In this document: piece after piece, positions 8,790 to 20,247 of the stretch
Numbering within the stretch: the stretch's first letter is position 1
How the letters are laid out: each line of letters opens with the position of its first letter
Assembly: GCA_965228895.1 (NCBI GenBank)
Contig: OZ245842.1
Span: forward strand, 1,184,001 to 1,248,000
Direction: 5' to 3'
Source of the DNA: Alphaproteobacteria bacterium
Lineage (GTDB): Bacteria > Pseudomonadota > Alphaproteobacteria > SP197
Length of the DNA: 64,000 bases
Notes under the pieces: model-generated
What the model was told of the DNA's origin: nothing
Database searches by the model: none
Seen by the model: only the letters and a program-made list of their open reading frames with translations
Translations under genes and position numbers: made by a program

Positions 8790-11700
8790 GTGCGCAAGTT
8801 GTTTTACGCGGTCATTGGGCTGGTCGCCCTGTTGATCGTGGCTGTGGTTGCCGTGGCCCTGTTTGTCGACCTCAACCAATACAAGGGCGAAATCGCAGCC
8901 GAATTGGAGGCCGCGACCGGGCGTGAAGTCACCCTGGGCGGCGACATCCACGTGACCTTCTGGCCGTCCATCGGCGCGGCGATCGAGAATGTCGAGATTG
9001 CCAACGCGCCTGGCGCCTCCGACGAGCCGATGCTGCGCGCCGAGACGATTCAGGCGGTCGTTGCGATCGCCCCGCTCCTGTCGGGCGAGGTCCAGGTCGA
9101 AAGCGTGCGGATCGTGAACCCCGTCCTCCTGATCGAAACCCTGGCCGACGGATCGAGCAACCTGGATCTCGATGACAGTGCCGGCACAGCGGGCGGCACG
9201 GGTTCCGGTTCGTCGACGGCGGGCGGCGCCCAAACCGATGTAAGGATCGACGAGGTCGAGATCGTTGGCGGTACGGTCATCTACCGCGATCTCGCCACGG
9301 GTTTTGACGAAACGATCGAGAACATTGCTCTGACCGCGCAGGCCCGCACGCTGCAGGGCCCGTTCCAGGCCGATGGCGCCATGACCGCGCGCGGCGTGAC
9401 GACGAGTTTTGCCGTTGATGTCGGCAGTCTGTCACGGCCCAAGATTCCGATCAGCCTGCGGCTGACCGAAGGTGATCAGGCCGTCCGCTTGACGTTCACC
9501 GGCAATCTCGAGGCGATCGACAGCGCCCCAAAGGCGTCTGGCAGTCTGATTGTTCAGGCCGACTCGCTCGCAGCAGCGCTCACGCCTTTTGTCGATGATC
9601 TTTCGCCGGCTGTTCGCGAACTATCCGACGACACGTTCGAGCTGGACGCTCAAGTCTCGGCCAGTGGCGATGCCCTGAGCTTGGTCGACCTGGCATTGTC
9701 GCTCGGTGACCTCAGAGCCACCGGCGATGCTCAGGTCGACATGGGCGAGACCACCGTCGTCGATGTGGCGCTCAGCGCCAATCAGCTCGATGGTGATCGG
9801 CTCGCGGCCATTTTTGCGAGCGAACCGGAGGAGGTTGCCGGTGATGCCGGGGGTGACGACCAGGAGGTCGTTGATGACACGGCGTATGACGACTCTGAGA
9901 CCGAGGACAGTCCGGTGTCGGGACTGTCGGTAACGGCGGACATCCGTGTCGGTGCCGTAACCTATCAAGAAGGCGTTGTACGCCAAGTGCATCTCATCGC
10001 ACAGCTGGACGACGGTGTGATCGCGGTTCAGCAACTCAGCGCTGGTCTGCCTGGTGGAACAAACATTGCTGTGACGGGCGAAATGGACAGCGATGTCGAC
10101 CGTCCGGCGTTCCGCGGCCAGATGGAGTTGGCGTCCGACAACATTCGTGCCGCCCTGGACTGGCTCCAGATCGATCTGCCGAACATGGCCGCCGAACGAT
10201 TGCGCCGCGTCGACCTTTTTACCTCTTTCAGCATCGAACCTGGCGTCGTTGCGCTGGTCGACATGGATCTCAGCGTCGATTCCTCCCGCATGACCGGGAA
10301 TGTGGGCGCGGACTGGACAGGCGTGCCGGCGGTGACCGCCAACGTCGCGCTCGACCGGATCAACCTCGACGCCTATCTGATCGATCAGCCTGTTGATAAC
10401 GGTTCTGGCGAAACAGCCGAAGCGCAGGAAACGGATGGTGCCGCGGAAACCGAGATTGGCCTCGCTCTACCGCCGATGCCGGAAATCAATGCCGACATCA
10501 AGGCACGGGTCGGCGCGTTGACCTATAACGGTGTCGCCGTCGATGCGATGATCCTGGATGGAACACTGATTGACGGCCGAATCGATCTCAGAAACTTCAG
10601 CGCCGATATCGCGGATGCGTCGGTCCGCGCCGCCGGTCTGATCGATCCGGCGACAACGGCGGTCTCGGTGCGTTATGCGATCGAAGCGCCTAACATCGGC
10701 GGGCTTGCGCGCCTGCTGGCTGTTGATCTTCCGGTGTCGCCGGAGGATTTGGGCGCGACCAGTCTGATCGGCAGCGTCGAAGGCGACACGGCGACGGCTG
10801 AGGTCAAGCAGAGGCTCGAGACAGCACTCGGAACGGCGTCGGCCGACGGCACACTCAGCGACGCGTTGGGTGCGCCTGGTTTTGACGGTCGGTTGGGTCT
10901 GCGAAGTGACAGTTATCTGCGTTTGGTGCGTGCGTTTGGTGGCGATATCAGCGGTGCCCGCGACTCCGCCGTCGCCTTTGCCGCCGATGTCGACACCGAT
11001 GGCAACGACGCAACCTTCAATGCCGTGCTTGAAGCCGTCGAGGCGACACTACGGGCCACCGGTAGTGTTGCCGGGCTCGCTGATGCGCCCAGCTATGACG
11101 TGCGCGCGAAAATCGAACACGACGAGTTCGCGACACTGATGGCGGCGATCGGCGCTGTGGATTCGATGCAGCCGGTTGGGCCCCTTGATGTCACGGTCAC
11201 GGCGGAAGGCGACGCGACCGCGGTATCTGGTCATTTGGTGTCGTCGACCATCGGTCCATCGACGTTGAACGGCACGCTGGACGGCAAGCTGGATGGCGAG
11301 CGGCCCTACTTCAATTTGAGACTGGCCGGCGACAATCTGATTCTCGATCCCTTCCTGGCCGGCAGTGCGGATGACACCGGCGGCCAGACAAGTGGTGGTA
11401 CCGGTACTGGCACCGCCGACGGATCGGGCGAGCAGGGCGGCACGTCGCGCTGGTCGTCGGAGCCGCTCGACCTCGCGGCATTGCGCAGCTTGGACGGGCG
11501 TGCCGAAATCACCGGCTCCAGCGCGACCCTGCAGGACCTCACCTTCGACAACCCGGTTATCGTTGCGACACTCAACGACGGTGTGTTGCAGCTTGAACAG
11601 TTCCGAGGCGGCGTGTTCGGCGGACAGATCGACGTGACGGGTCAGATCAGCGACGGGTCGCCGAACACCATGAAGGTCGACTTTGTCGCCAGCGATGTCG

Positions 11701-12677
11701 ACGCCCAGCAGATGCTGCAGCACTTCGCCGACAACAGCGATGTCACCGGGCGTCTCTATCTGAAGGGCAGTGTCAACGGGTCCGGTGGCAGCGAACGTGC
11801 GTTGATCGAGAGTCTCGCGGGCAATGGCGACCTCTCCATGATCGATGGTGTGATCGAAGGTTTCGACTTGCCGAAGATCAGCGAGCGTTTGGACAACCTG
11901 GACAACGAGATTGCCATTGCCGCGCTGATGGACGATGCCACCAGCGGTGGTCAGACGCGGTTCACGGAGGTTGAAGGCACTTTTGTCATCACCGATGGCA
12001 TCGTGCGCTCCGACGACCTGCGCGCGATCATGGAGGCAGGGGCGGCGCGCTTCACGCTGTTGGCCGATCTGCCGCGCTGGCTGATTGACCTGGACGGGGT
12101 CATGGAGTTGACCGAGCACGAGAACTCGCCGCGCATTCTGATATCGATCGACGGCCCGATCGACAATCCCAATCGGGTGGTCGATACACGCGAACTCCAG
12201 GCGTTTCTGGTGCAGCGCGCCGTCGAGACGGCGATCCGCAAGTATGGCGACGATGAGGGCGGGGCAGCCGGCCAGCTACTCAACATTCTGACCGGCAAGC
12301 AGCCCGACGCCGAGGCCGCCACTCCGCCGGTGACGGAAGAAGCCCAGCCCGTGGATCCCGTCATCGAAGACGCGGAGGTCATCGAAGAAGCGCCAAGCCA
12401 AGGTGAGTCCGTCGAGGAAGCGGTACCGGCTGAGGACCAGGCCGTCGTGCAGCCCGAGCCGAAGCCGGAGCCGCCGCCGGAAGAGCCGCTGGACGTCCGG
12501 GAGTTGGATGCCGAGGACCTGCTGAACATCCTGACCGGCAATCAGGGCGAAACGGGCGACAATCAGCAAGCGGAGGAAGCACCGGCCCAGGAGCAGCCGT
12601 CGCAAGAGGGCGGCAACCAGCCGCTGAACACCGAGACGCTGCTCAAGGATCTGCTTGAAGGCCTCGGCAACAACTAG
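8790..12677 (+). CDS. AsmA family protein (long, acidic)
   Basis: N-terminal TM then DLNQYK..IA...ATGR.V; AsmA-like C-terminal region. Confidence 0.88.
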   Translation: MRKLFYAVIGLVALLIVAVVAVALFVDLNQYKGEIAAELEAATGREVTLGGDIHVTFWPSIGAAIENVEIANAPGASDEPMLRAETIQAVVAIAPLLSGEVQVESVRIVNPVLLIETLADGSSNLDLDDSAGTAGGTGSGSSTAGGAQTDVRIDEVEIVGGTVIYRDLATGFDETIENIALTAQARTLQGPFQADGAMTARGVTTSFAVDVGSLSRPKIPISLRLTEGDQAVRLTFTGNLEAIDSAPKASGSLIVQADSLAAALTPFVDDLSPAVRELSDDTFELDAQVSASGDALSLVDLALSLGDLRATGDAQVDMGETTVVDVALSANQLDGDRLAAIFASEPEEVAGDAGGDDQEVVDDTAYDDSETEDSPVSGLSVTADIRVGAVTYQEGVVRQVHLIAQLDDGVIAVQQLSAGLPGGTNIAVTGEMDSDVDRPAFRGQMELASDNIRAALDWLQIDLPNMAAERLRRVDLFTSFSIEPGVVALVDMDLSVDSSRMTGNVGADWTGVPAVTANVALDRINLDAYLIDQPVDNGSGETAEAQETDGAAETEIGLALPPMPEINADIKARVGALTYNGVAVDAMILDGTLIDGRIDLRNFSADIADASVRAAGLIDPATTAVSVRYAIEAPNIGGLARLLAVDLPVSPEDLGATSLIGSVEGDTATAEVKQRLETALGTASADGTLSDALGAPGFDGRLGLRSDSYLRLVRAFGGDISGARDSAVAFAADVDTDGNDATFNAVLEAVEATLRATGSVAGLADAPSYDVRAKIEHDEFATLMAAIGAVDSMQPVGPLDVTVTAEGDATAVSGHLVSSTIGPSTLNGTLDGKLDGERPYFNLRLAGDNLILDPFLAGSADDTGGQTSGGTGTGTADGSGEQGGTSRWSSEPLDLAALRSLDGRAEITGSSATLQDLTFDNPVIVATLNDGVLQLEQFRGGVFGGQIDVTGQISDGSPNTMKVDFVASDVDAQQMLQHFADNSDVTGRLYLKGSVNGSGGSERALIESLAGNGDLSMIDGVIEGFDLPKISERLDNLDNEIAIAALMDDATSGGQTRFTEVEGTFVITDGIVRSDDLRAIMEAGAARFTLLADLPRWLIDLDGVMELTEHENSPRILISIDGPIDNPNRVVDTRELQAFLVQRAVETAIRKYGDDEGGAAGQLLNILTGKQPDAEAATPPVTEEAQPVDPVIEDAEVIEEAPSQGESVEEAVPAEDQAVVQPEPKPEPPPEEPLDVRELDAEDLLNILTGNQGETGDNQQAEEAPAQEQPSQEGGNQPLNTETLLKDLLEGLGNN

Positions 12678-12763
12678 CCATGACGCCGGCGCATGGCAGG
12701 CATGCGATCACGAGTTTTCCGGAACGTCGTATCGTGGCTTGACGCTATCGTGAAACGATGCGA

Positions 12764-12780
12764 TTGAGAATGAGTTGCAA
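12764..12780. promoter_or_regulatory. Fur-like iron box upstream of the Fe3+ binding protein
   Basis: TTGAGAATGAGTTGCAA, an imperfect 7-1-7 palindrome 23 nt before the start. Confidence 0.6.
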
Positions 12781-12803
12781 TATCTAGCCACTGAGGCCCC
12801 TCA

Positions 12804-13832
12804 ATGACATTCCGACGACGCGTTCTCGCTGCCGCTGTGCTGGGCAGTCTTCTCCCGGCGGGCTCCGCCGTGTCCGCCGAAGAGGTCAACGTTTACACCT
12901 CCCGCCATTACGACACCGACCTCGCGATCTACGAGTCGTTTACCGACGCAACCGGCATTGAGGTCAACCTGATCGAAGACAAGGCCGGTGCTTTGATTGA
13001 GCGCATCAAAGCGGAAGGGGCGAACAGCCCCGCCGATATCCTGATCACGGTCGATGCTGCCAATCTGGCCGCGGCGTCGGAAGCCGGTCTCTTCCAGCCA
13101 GTCGACTCGGCCACGCTGAATGAACGCGTGCCGGAGACACTGCGACATCCCGATGGCTTATGGTACGCCCTGACCAAGCGCGCGCGGGTTATCATGTACC
13201 GCAAGGCCGATGTCGATGTGACCGGCCTCGAGCGTTACGAAGACCTCGCCGATCCGCGTTTTGACGACATGATCTGCATCCGCTCGTCGAGCAACGTCTA
13301 CAACCAGTCTCTTGTGTCGTCGCTTATCGCCACGAACGGGTCGGAGGCGACGGAGGCCTGGGTCGATGGTGTCATCGCCAACTTCGCGCGCGAACCGCAG
13401 TCTAACGACACCGGCCAGATCAAGGCCGTGGTTGCCGGGGAATGCGACATCGCCGTCGCCAACACATACTACTTGGCCCGGTTGCGCAGCTCCGACGATG
13501 CCGCCGACCGCGCGGTCGGTGAGGCGATTGGCGTCATCATGCCGAACCAGGAAGACCGTGGCACGCACATCAATGTCAGCGGCGCGGGTGTCTTGCAGAA
13601 TGCGCCCAACCGCGACAACGCGGTCGCGCTGCTGGAGTTCCTGGTTGGCGATGAGGCCCAGCGCGCCTTTGCCGAGGGCAACAACGAGTGGCCGGCCGTC
13701 GATGCGGTTCCCCATGCGGTGATCCTGGACGATCTCTACGGCGACTTCGTCGAAGACGATCTGAACCCGGCGCTCTACGGCTCCAACCGAGTCGAAGCCG
13801 TCGAAATGATGGAAGCCCGCGGCTGGGAGTGA
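12804..13832 (+). CDS. Fe(3+) ABC transporter substrate-binding protein (FbpA/FutA)
   Basis: Signal peptide, YTSRHYD, SPAD..ITVDA, RSSSNVYN, ANTYY. Confidence 0.93.
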   Translation: MTFRRRVLAAAVLGSLLPAGSAVSAEEVNVYTSRHYDTDLAIYESFTDATGIEVNLIEDKAGALIERIKAEGANSPADILITVDAANLAAASEAGLFQPVDSATLNERVPETLRHPDGLWYALTKRARVIMYRKADVDVTGLERYEDLADPRFDDMICIRSSSNVYNQSLVSSLIATNGSEATEAWVDGVIANFAREPQSNDTGQIKAVVAGECDIAVANTYYLARLRSSDDAADRAVGEAIGVIMPNQEDRGTHINVSGAGVLQNAPNRDNAVALLEFLVGDEAQRAFAEGNNEWPAVDAVPHAVILDDLYGDFVEDDLNPALYGSNRVEAVEMMEARGWE

Positions 13833-13886
13833 CAACCCTCGTCCGCAGGCCATCGGTCGTGAATCGTGAGCGCGGGCCATGGTGCC

Positions 13887-14282
13887 ATGACGACTAGTGA
13901 ACCGTTGGGCCCGTGCTCGCCGATGTTCATCGTCGGCAGCATCGCTCGCTCGCTCGACCATTATGTGGGACACCTAGGTTTCAGTCGCCGCTATGTCGCG
14001 CCCGAAGAAGCCCCGTTCTTTGCCATCGTCGGGCGCGACAGCGCGCAAATCCTGCTCAAGGTGGTTGGCGATGGCATAGAAGCGCTGCCCAACCACCAGC
14101 GCCATCCGTGGGCACCCTGGGACGTCTTCATCTATGTCGCGGATCCTGACACGCTGTTTACTGAGTTCGTTGATCGCCGGGTCGCGTTCCAGCGCGACCT
14201 CGGTGTTACCGACGAGGGCTTGCTGGGGTTCGAGATCGCCGATCCCGACGGTTACGTCTGTTTCTTTGGACGACCGACCTGA
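13887..14282 (+). CDS. VOC/glyoxalase family protein
   Basis: Y...LGF near the N-terminus; C-terminal FEIADPDGY. Confidence 0.8.
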   Translation: MTTSEPLGPCSPMFIVGSIARSLDHYVGHLGFSRRYVAPEEAPFFAIVGRDSAQILLKVVGDGIEALPNHQRHPWAPWDVFIYVADPDTLFTEFVDRRVAFQRDLGVTDEGLLGFEIADPDGYVCFFGRPT

Positions 14283-16007
14283 CTAGAGCGGTGGATTGGA
14301 CGTCCGCGCAGTTTCTGCCTGCATGCCTGGACGTGAGCGGCTGATCTGCCACGATAACAAGATGATCGGCAAGATACCGACGACGACAATGGCGAGCGCG
14401 GCGGTCGACGCTTCTGCTAGGCGCTCATCGGATGCCAAGCGATAGACGCGGGTCGCCAAGGTCTCGAAGTTGAAGGGCCGCACGATCAGCGTTGCCGGCA
14501 GTTCTTTCATGACATCGACAAAGACGAGCAGGACGCCGGTCAGGAGGCTGGCACGTAGCAGCGGCGCGTGCACCCTTACTAACGTGGCGAGCGGACCGTG
14601 GCCCAGGGTCCGCGCGGCGCCGTCCATCGATGGCGTGATTTTCGTCAGGCCCGCGTCGACGGCGTTGAAGGCGACAGCCAAGAACCGCACGACATAGGCA
14701 AACAGCAAGCCAGCAATGCCGCCGGTCAGCACCAGGCCGACCGAGACGCCGAAGAAGTCGCGTGTCAGGCCGTCGAGCCAGTTATCGAACAGACCAAACG
14801 GAATCAAAATGCCGACGGCGATGACCGAGCCGGGGATGGCATACCCCATCGACGCGACGCTCGTCGCCACGCGCGCCAGGGGCGAAGGGTTCATGCGCGT
14901 GCCGTAACCCAGGATCAAAGCGGCGACGACCGCGAGCAACGACCCCATGACGGCAACGGAGATGCTTGAGAACGCAAAGCGCAGGAACCGGCTGTCGAAC
15001 AGGGGATCGCCGGCCCGGATCGCCATCTCCAGCAGGATCCCCGCCGGCAGAAGGAAACCGCAGAGCACCGGCAGGATACACAAGAAAAGCGCGAGCCAGG
15101 CGCGCGGACCCTTGAGTGCATAGGTCGGCAACGGCGTAAAGCGTCCGGTGGTGCTGTGATAGCGCGCCTCGCCGCGCGACAACCGTTCGGCCAGCATGAC
15201 CGCCATGACGAAGACCAGCAGGCAGCTTGCCAATTGCGCTGCGACCACCGGCGATCCCTTTAGAAACCACGTACGGTAAATGCCGGTGGTGAATGTTTGA
15301 ACGCCGAAGAAGTCGACCGTGCCGAAATCGGCCAGGGTCTCCATCAAGGCGAGCGCAAGCCCGGCGACGATGCCGGGCCGGCCCATGCGCAGCGCAACCT
15401 TCCAGAAGCTGCGCCATGGTCCGTAGCCAAGGGCGCGGCTTACCTCTAGCGCCGCGACCGACTGGTTCAAGAAGGCGGTACGCGCCAACAGGTAGACATA
15501 GGGGTAGAGCACCATCGCCAACATCGCGATGGCCCCGGGCAGGGAACGAATGTTCGGGAACCAGTAGTCGCGCCGGCCCCATTCGAAGATCTCGCGCAGC
15601 CATGTCTGGATCGGACCGGCGTACTCCATGAGATCGGTATAGACATAGGCCAAGACGTAGGCCGGCACGGCAAACGGCAGCAGCAGCGCCCACTCGACCA
15701 CACTGCGTCCGGGAAACCGGCACATGGTGACAAGCCAGGCGGCGCCCGTGCCGATCATGGTCACGAGCACGCCGACGCCAACCATCAAGATGACGGTGTT
15801 GATCAGATAGGTCGGCAGGACCGTGCGCACCAGATTGACCCAAAGGCCTTCGCTGGGCGCGAAGATGTTGGCGACGACCGCGACGATGGGAAGCGCGACC
15901 GCGGCGGAGATCAGCAGCACGGCCCATGTCAGGCCACCCGGCCAACGCAGTCGCAAACCGGCGGAACCCGGCGCCTTTTTTTCGTCAGGCGTCGACACGT
16001 CAGCCAT
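14283..16007 (-). CDS. Fe(3+) ABC transporter permease (FbpB/FutB)
   Basis: Duplicated permease, YPYVYL, ETLADFG, MKELPATL..RPFNFETLA. Confidence 0.93.
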   Translation of the reverse strand: MADVSTPDEKKAPGSAGLRLRWPGGLTWAVLLISAAVALPIVAVVANIFAPSEGLWVNLVRTVLPTYLINTVILMVGVGVLVTMIGTGAAWLVTMCRFPGRSVVEWALLLPFAVPAYVLAYVYTDLMEYAGPIQTWLREIFEWGRRDYWFPNIRSLPGAIAMLAMVLYPYVYLLARTAFLNQSVAALEVSRALGYGPWRSFWKVALRMGRPGIVAGLALALMETLADFGTVDFFGVQTFTTGIYRTWFLKGSPVVAAQLASCLLVFVMAVMLAERLSRGEARYHSTTGRFTPLPTYALKGPRAWLALFLCILPVLCGFLLPAGILLEMAIRAGDPLFDSRFLRFAFSSISVAVMGSLLAVVAALILGYGTRMNPSPLARVATSVASMGYAIPGSVIAVGILIPFGLFDNWLDGLTRDFFGVSVGLVLTGGIAGLLFAYVVRFLAVAFNAVDAGLTKITPSMDGAARTLGHGPLATLVRVHAPLLRASLLTGVLLVFVDVMKELPATLIVRPFNFETLATRVYRLASDERLAEASTAALAIVVVGILPIILLSWQISRSRPGMQAETARTSNPPL

Positions 16008-16052
16008 CGACCGACTGAAGCCCACCGTTGTGCTGGCGGTTCACGCGGATTG

Positions 16053-17228
16053 TCACGGGGTGTCGTAGCACTCGATCACCAGGGTGAAGTCTTTTGCCGC
16101 CTCGGCGATGGCATCGGACGATAAGGTCTCGTCGCTCGATCGCCGGGCAAAGTTGACCTGATGGAGATCCAGGAACTTCTGAGCGACCTGGCCGTTGATC
16201 GCGAAGTTGATGTTTTGGGGCAGGGCGTCGACCGCATCGACCGCGTACCACTCGTCGAGCTGGGCCGACACGATACCGATCACATTGCCGGCGCGGTCCA
16301 GCAAGGGACCGCCGCTGTTGCCCGGTTGGACCGGCGCGCTGATCTGCAGCTCGCCGGCGTAGTCGTCGATCCCCACCATGGCGCTGATGATGCCGGTGGT
16401 GACCGTAAAGCTGGTCGACACGACGTGGCGCATGGGAAAGCCCGCGACCATGACGGGTTCGCCGAGCCGCAGTGTCGGGCCATCGCGAAACGGCGCTGTC
16501 GTATCGAACGTCTTGTCCAGCTTGACGAGCGCCAGGTCGGCGTAGGGATCGACGGCCAACACGTCGACCGACCGGATCCGCTCCTTGCCGACCAGGGCCT
16601 CCAAACGCAGGCAACCCTCGATCACATGATGGTTGGTCAAGACATGACCGTCGCCCGAAACGGCAAAGCCGGTGCCGTCGCCCCACGGCTCGTTCGCGCC
16701 GGGTGCATAGAGTTCGTCTTCGCTCTCGGCCAGGCCCTTCGTGGCGCGCCACGCGCCGATCAGCCGCTCGGCCTGCTCAAGTTCGGTCTTCGTCATGCCC
16801 ATGGCGACATCGTCGGCGGCGTACAAGGCGTCGCGCCGGTCGATGGGATCGGACGTGTCGGCCGCCAGCATGAACCAACGATAGGCCTCGACGGGGTCAC
16901 GCGGCAGACCGATGCCATCGCTATACATGATGGCCAGATTGAACTGGGCATAGACGTGCTGCTGTTCGGCCGCCATGCGGTACCAGCGCGCCGCCTCCGC
17001 CAGATTGTGTTCGACGCCCAAACCGTCGTCATAGAGATAGCCGACCAGATACTGCGCCTCGGCGTCGCCCTTTTCGGCCAGGACAGACCACACCTCGAAC
17101 GCCCGCGCGAAGTCGCCGGCATCATAGGCGTGCCACCCGTCGTCAGTGCTGAACGCCTTAGCCGGCGCCGCGGTGAACAGGCTGGCAGCGAACAGCGCCG
17201 TGATCAGCGCGGCGTTTAGACGACGCAT
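16053..17228 (-). CDS. secreted Sel1-repeat plus trypsin-like serine protease
   Basis: Signal peptide, Sel1 repeats (AQY.VG.LY..G.GV), catalytic TNHHV / DLAL / GNSGG. Confidence 0.85.
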   Translation of the reverse strand: MRRLNAALITALFAASLFTAAPAKAFSTDDGWHAYDAGDFARAFEVWSVLAEKGDAEAQYLVGYLYDDGLGVEHNLAEAARWYRMAAEQQHVYAQFNLAIMYSDGIGLPRDPVEAYRWFMLAADTSDPIDRRDALYAADDVAMGMTKTELEQAERLIGAWRATKGLAESEDELYAPGANEPWGDGTGFAVSGDGHVLTNHHVIEGCLRLEALVGKERIRSVDVLAVDPYADLALVKLDKTFDTTAPFRDGPTLRLGEPVMVAGFPMRHVVSTSFTVTTGIISAMVGIDDYAGELQISAPVQPGNSGGPLLDRAGNVIGIVSAQLDEWYAVDAVDALPQNINFAINGQVAQKFLDLHQVNFARRSSDETLSSDAIAEAAKDFTLVIECYDTP

Positions 17229-18631
17229 CACGAGGTCGGCCGGACCATGTTTTCCGGGCGTACCCATTGGTCAAACTCCTCGTCGGTCAGATATCCAAGG
17301 GCGACGGCCGCAGCTTTCAGCGTCGATCCGTCAGCGTGGGCCTTTTTGGCCACCTTGGCGGCCTTGTCGTAGCCGATATGCGGATTCAACGCGGTCACCA
17401 GCATCAGGGATTCATCACGCAATTGGGCGATACGCCCGCGGTTCGGCTCGATCCCGACGACGCAATTGTCGGCGAAACTCATCGATGCATCGGCCAGCAG
17501 GCGGATCGAGTGCAGCACGTTGAAGATGATGACCGGCTTGAAGACGTTGAGCTCGAAATGCCCCTGTGCGCCGCCGAACGTCACGGCGACGTGGTTACCC
17601 ATGACCTGGGCGCACACCATGGTCATCGCCTCCGACTGGGTCGGGTTGACCTTGCCCGGCATGATCGACGACCCCGGCTCGTTGGCCGGCAACGCGAGCT
17701 CGCCAATACCGCACCGCGGTCCCGATCCCAGCAGGCGTATGTCGCTGGCGATCTTGTTGCACGAGACCGCGAGCACGTTGAGTACGCCGGACACTTCGAC
17801 CATGGCGTCGTGGGCGGCGAGCGCCTCAAACTTGTTGGGCGCGGTGACGAAGGGCAGGCGGGTCAACTCGGCGACCTTGCCGGCGAACGCCACATCGAAC
17901 CCGGCCGGCGTGTTGAGCCCGGTACCGACTGCCGTACCGCCCATGGCGAGCGCGTAGACATGCGGCAGGCTCGCCTTGATGCGCGCGATGCCCAGCTCGA
18001 TCTGGCGGGCATAGCCGGAGAATTCCTGGCCCAGCGTCAGGGGTGTCGCGTCCTGCAAGTGCGTGCGGCCGATCTTGATGATGTCGTCGAAGGCCGCGGC
18101 TTTGTCGGCCAGGGCCTGATGCAGATGCTCCAGTGCCGGCACCAGCGAGCGGTTGATTTCGACCGCCGTTGCCACATGCATGGCGGTCGGAAAGCTGTCG
18201 TTTGACGACTGGCTCATGTTGACGTGGTCGTTGGGGTGGACCGGCGCTTTCGAGCCGACCTCACCGCCCAGGATCTCGATCGCGCGGTTCGAGATCACCT
18301 CGTTGGTGTTCATGTTGGTCTGGGTGCCCGATCCGGTCTGCCAGACGACCAGCGGGAAATGATCGGTCAGCGTGCCGTCGATCACCTCGTCGGCCGCTTT
18401 TTGGATGGCAGCCGAAAGGGCGGGGTCGAGCTTGCCGTTAGCCTGGTTCACCTGGGCCGCCGCCTTTTTGACGATGCCATAGGCATGGATCAGCGGGGCC
18501 GGCATGCGATCGTCGCTGATCCGGAAGTTCTGCAACGACCGCTGGGTCTGGGCACCCCAGTAGCGATCGGCGGGGACCGCCATCTCGCCCAGGGAGTCGG
18601 TTTCGGTGCGTGTCTCGGTGGTCTCGGCCAT
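17228..18631 (-). CDS. fumC: class II fumarate hydratase
   Basis: [30 protein letters not shown]. Confidence 0.97.
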   Translation of the reverse strand: MAETTETRTETDSLGEMAVPADRYWGAQTQRSLQNFRISDDRMPAPLIHAYGIVKKAAAQVNQANGKLDPALSAAIQKAADEVIDGTLTDHFPLVVWQTGSGTQTNMNTNEVISNRAIEILGGEVGSKAPVHPNDHVNMSQSSNDSFPTAMHVATAVEINRSLVPALEHLHQALADKAAAFDDIIKIGRTHLQDATPLTLGQEFSGYARQIELGIARIKASLPHVYALAMGGTAVGTGLNTPAGFDVAFAGKVAELTRLPFVTAPNKFEALAAHDAMVEVSGVLNVLAVSCNKIASDIRLLGSGPRCGIGELALPANEPGSSIMPGKVNPTQSEAMTMVCAQVMGNHVAVTFGGAQGHFELNVFKPVIIFNVLHSIRLLADASMSFADNCVVGIEPNRGRIAQLRDESLMLVTALNPHIGYDKAAKVAKKAHADGSTLKAAAVALGYLTDEEFDQWVRPENMVRPTS

Positions 18632-18825
18632 GGTGTCTCTTCGTCTTGGCAGATGATTGCTAGCCGGTCGGTTTGGCAACCGGCAGCACCTCATACTACA
18701 GCACACCCCGCGCGTCTGTCCCCGAGAGCAGGGATATGGCGGGCCCTCGCCGGACCGCGTTGCCGAACTGCAAGGTTGAAACAATTGTCCGCTGGCCTCA
18801 GAAGTAGCGCAGCACCAAAGGAGGC

Positions 18826-19716
18826 ATGGCGATGAGCTCGCACCAGTCCGGCATCATGGACCCCGTTCCCGGTCTTTCGCGCTATCTGGAGTTCAGCGCG
18901 CTGCCGGAAGCCGATGTTGCCTCGGGGCTCGCTGCGCTGAAAAGCGACGGCGGCGACGGCGGCATGGTCGTCGGCCTGGGTCCGGGTCTGGTTCTGGGGC
19001 TGGGCCAGTCGATCGACGGTCTCAGGCCGTTTCCGGCCTTGAGTGGTCCGGGTTGCGAGGTGCCGTCGACACAGGCTGATCTGTGGGTCTGGCTGCGCGG
19101 CAGCGACCGTGGTGAGATCTTCCATCGTGGACGCATGGTCGTCGACCATCTCGCGCCTTGCTTTCGGCTGGATCACATGGTTGACGGCTTCAAGTACGGC
19201 CGGGGCCAGGACCTGACGGGTTACGAAGACGGGACCGAAAATCCGGTCGGCGATGAAGCAGTCGAGGCAGCCCTGGTTGCCGGGCGCGGCGTGGGCCTTG
19301 ATGGTTCAAGTTTTGTCGCGGTCCAGCAATGGGCCCACGACCTCGATCACTTCGACACGATCGACCAGGATGACAAGGACAACAACATCATCGGCCGGCG
19401 CTTGAGCGACAACGAGGAACTGGACGATGCGGCCGACACCGCACATGTCAAACGCACGGCGGCCGGTCAGTTCGAGCCGCGTTCGGTCATCCTGCGCCGT
19501 TCCATGCCGTGGGCGGATACATCGGGCGACGGCCTGATGTTCGTCGCGTTCGGCAACACGCTCGACGCATTCGAAGTTCAGATGCGCCGCATGGTCGGCC
19601 TCGACGACAACGTGGTCGACGGCCTGTTCCGATTCACCCGGCCGATATCCGGCGGCTACTTCTGGTGCCCGCCGGTCTCCGGCGGATCGCTCGATCTGAG
19701 CGCGGTCAGTCTTTAG
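18826..19716 (+). CDS. Dyp-type peroxidase
   Basis: [27 protein letters not shown]. Confidence 0.9.
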   Translation: MAMSSHQSGIMDPVPGLSRYLEFSALPEADVASGLAALKSDGGDGGMVVGLGPGLVLGLGQSIDGLRPFPALSGPGCEVPSTQADLWVWLRGSDRGEIFHRGRMVVDHLAPCFRLDHMVDGFKYGRGQDLTGYEDGTENPVGDEAVEAALVAGRGVGLDGSSFVAVQQWAHDLDHFDTIDQDDKDNNIIGRRLSDNEELDDAADTAHVKRTAAGQFEPRSVILRRSMPWADTSGDGLMFVAFGNTLDAFEVQMRRMVGLDDNVVDGLFRFTRPISGGYFWCPPVSGGSLDLSAVSL

Positions 19717-19729
19717 GGCAGCGTTTCGC

Positions 19730-20092
19730 TCACCCTTTCTTTCGCTTGCGCGATCGCTTTTTGGCCTGGTTGCGCCGCGCGGCGTTGAGCGCTTTCTCGG
19801 CCCACGCGATCAGGTTGCCGGGCTCTGCCCAGACATCGTCGGGAACCGAGACATAGGACATGGTGATCGGCTTGGCCGCCGCGTCACGGCGATAGGTGAA
19901 CGATTCGCCGCCGGAGGCCAGAAACCCGTCGCGGTTCTCGTCGTCGACCTTCAGCCACAGCCGGTCATAGGCGGTCAGGCCGAACATGACGTCGTCAAGA
20001 TAGATGCCGTGTCCGCCAAACATGGCGCGTGCGCGAACCGGTCCCAGCGGCGTCAGCGCCGCGACCGCGCGCTCGGCAATTGGTGATGCCAA
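19730..20092 (-). CDS. TfoX/Sxy N-terminal domain protein
   Basis: RAMFGG.GIY, LWLKVD, MSY. Confidence 0.85.
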   Translation of the reverse strand: MASPIAERAVAALTPLGPVRARAMFGGHGIYLDDVMFGLTAYDRLWLKVDDENRDGFLASGGESFTYRRDAAAKPITMSYVSVPDDVWAEPGNLIAWAEKALNAARRNQAKKRSRKRKKG

Positions 20093-20247
20093 GTCGCCAG
20101 TCCCTCCTCGTCGAAATTGTCGGGGGCCATAATCTTGCCCAATCCCTAATTCTAGTCTGATGTAGCGGTTGTCGGAAGGGCGGTGGCCGTTTGTTCGCTT
20201 GCACCAGCCGACTGCGCGGTTGGGTGCACAAACCTTTGGAGGGATTC

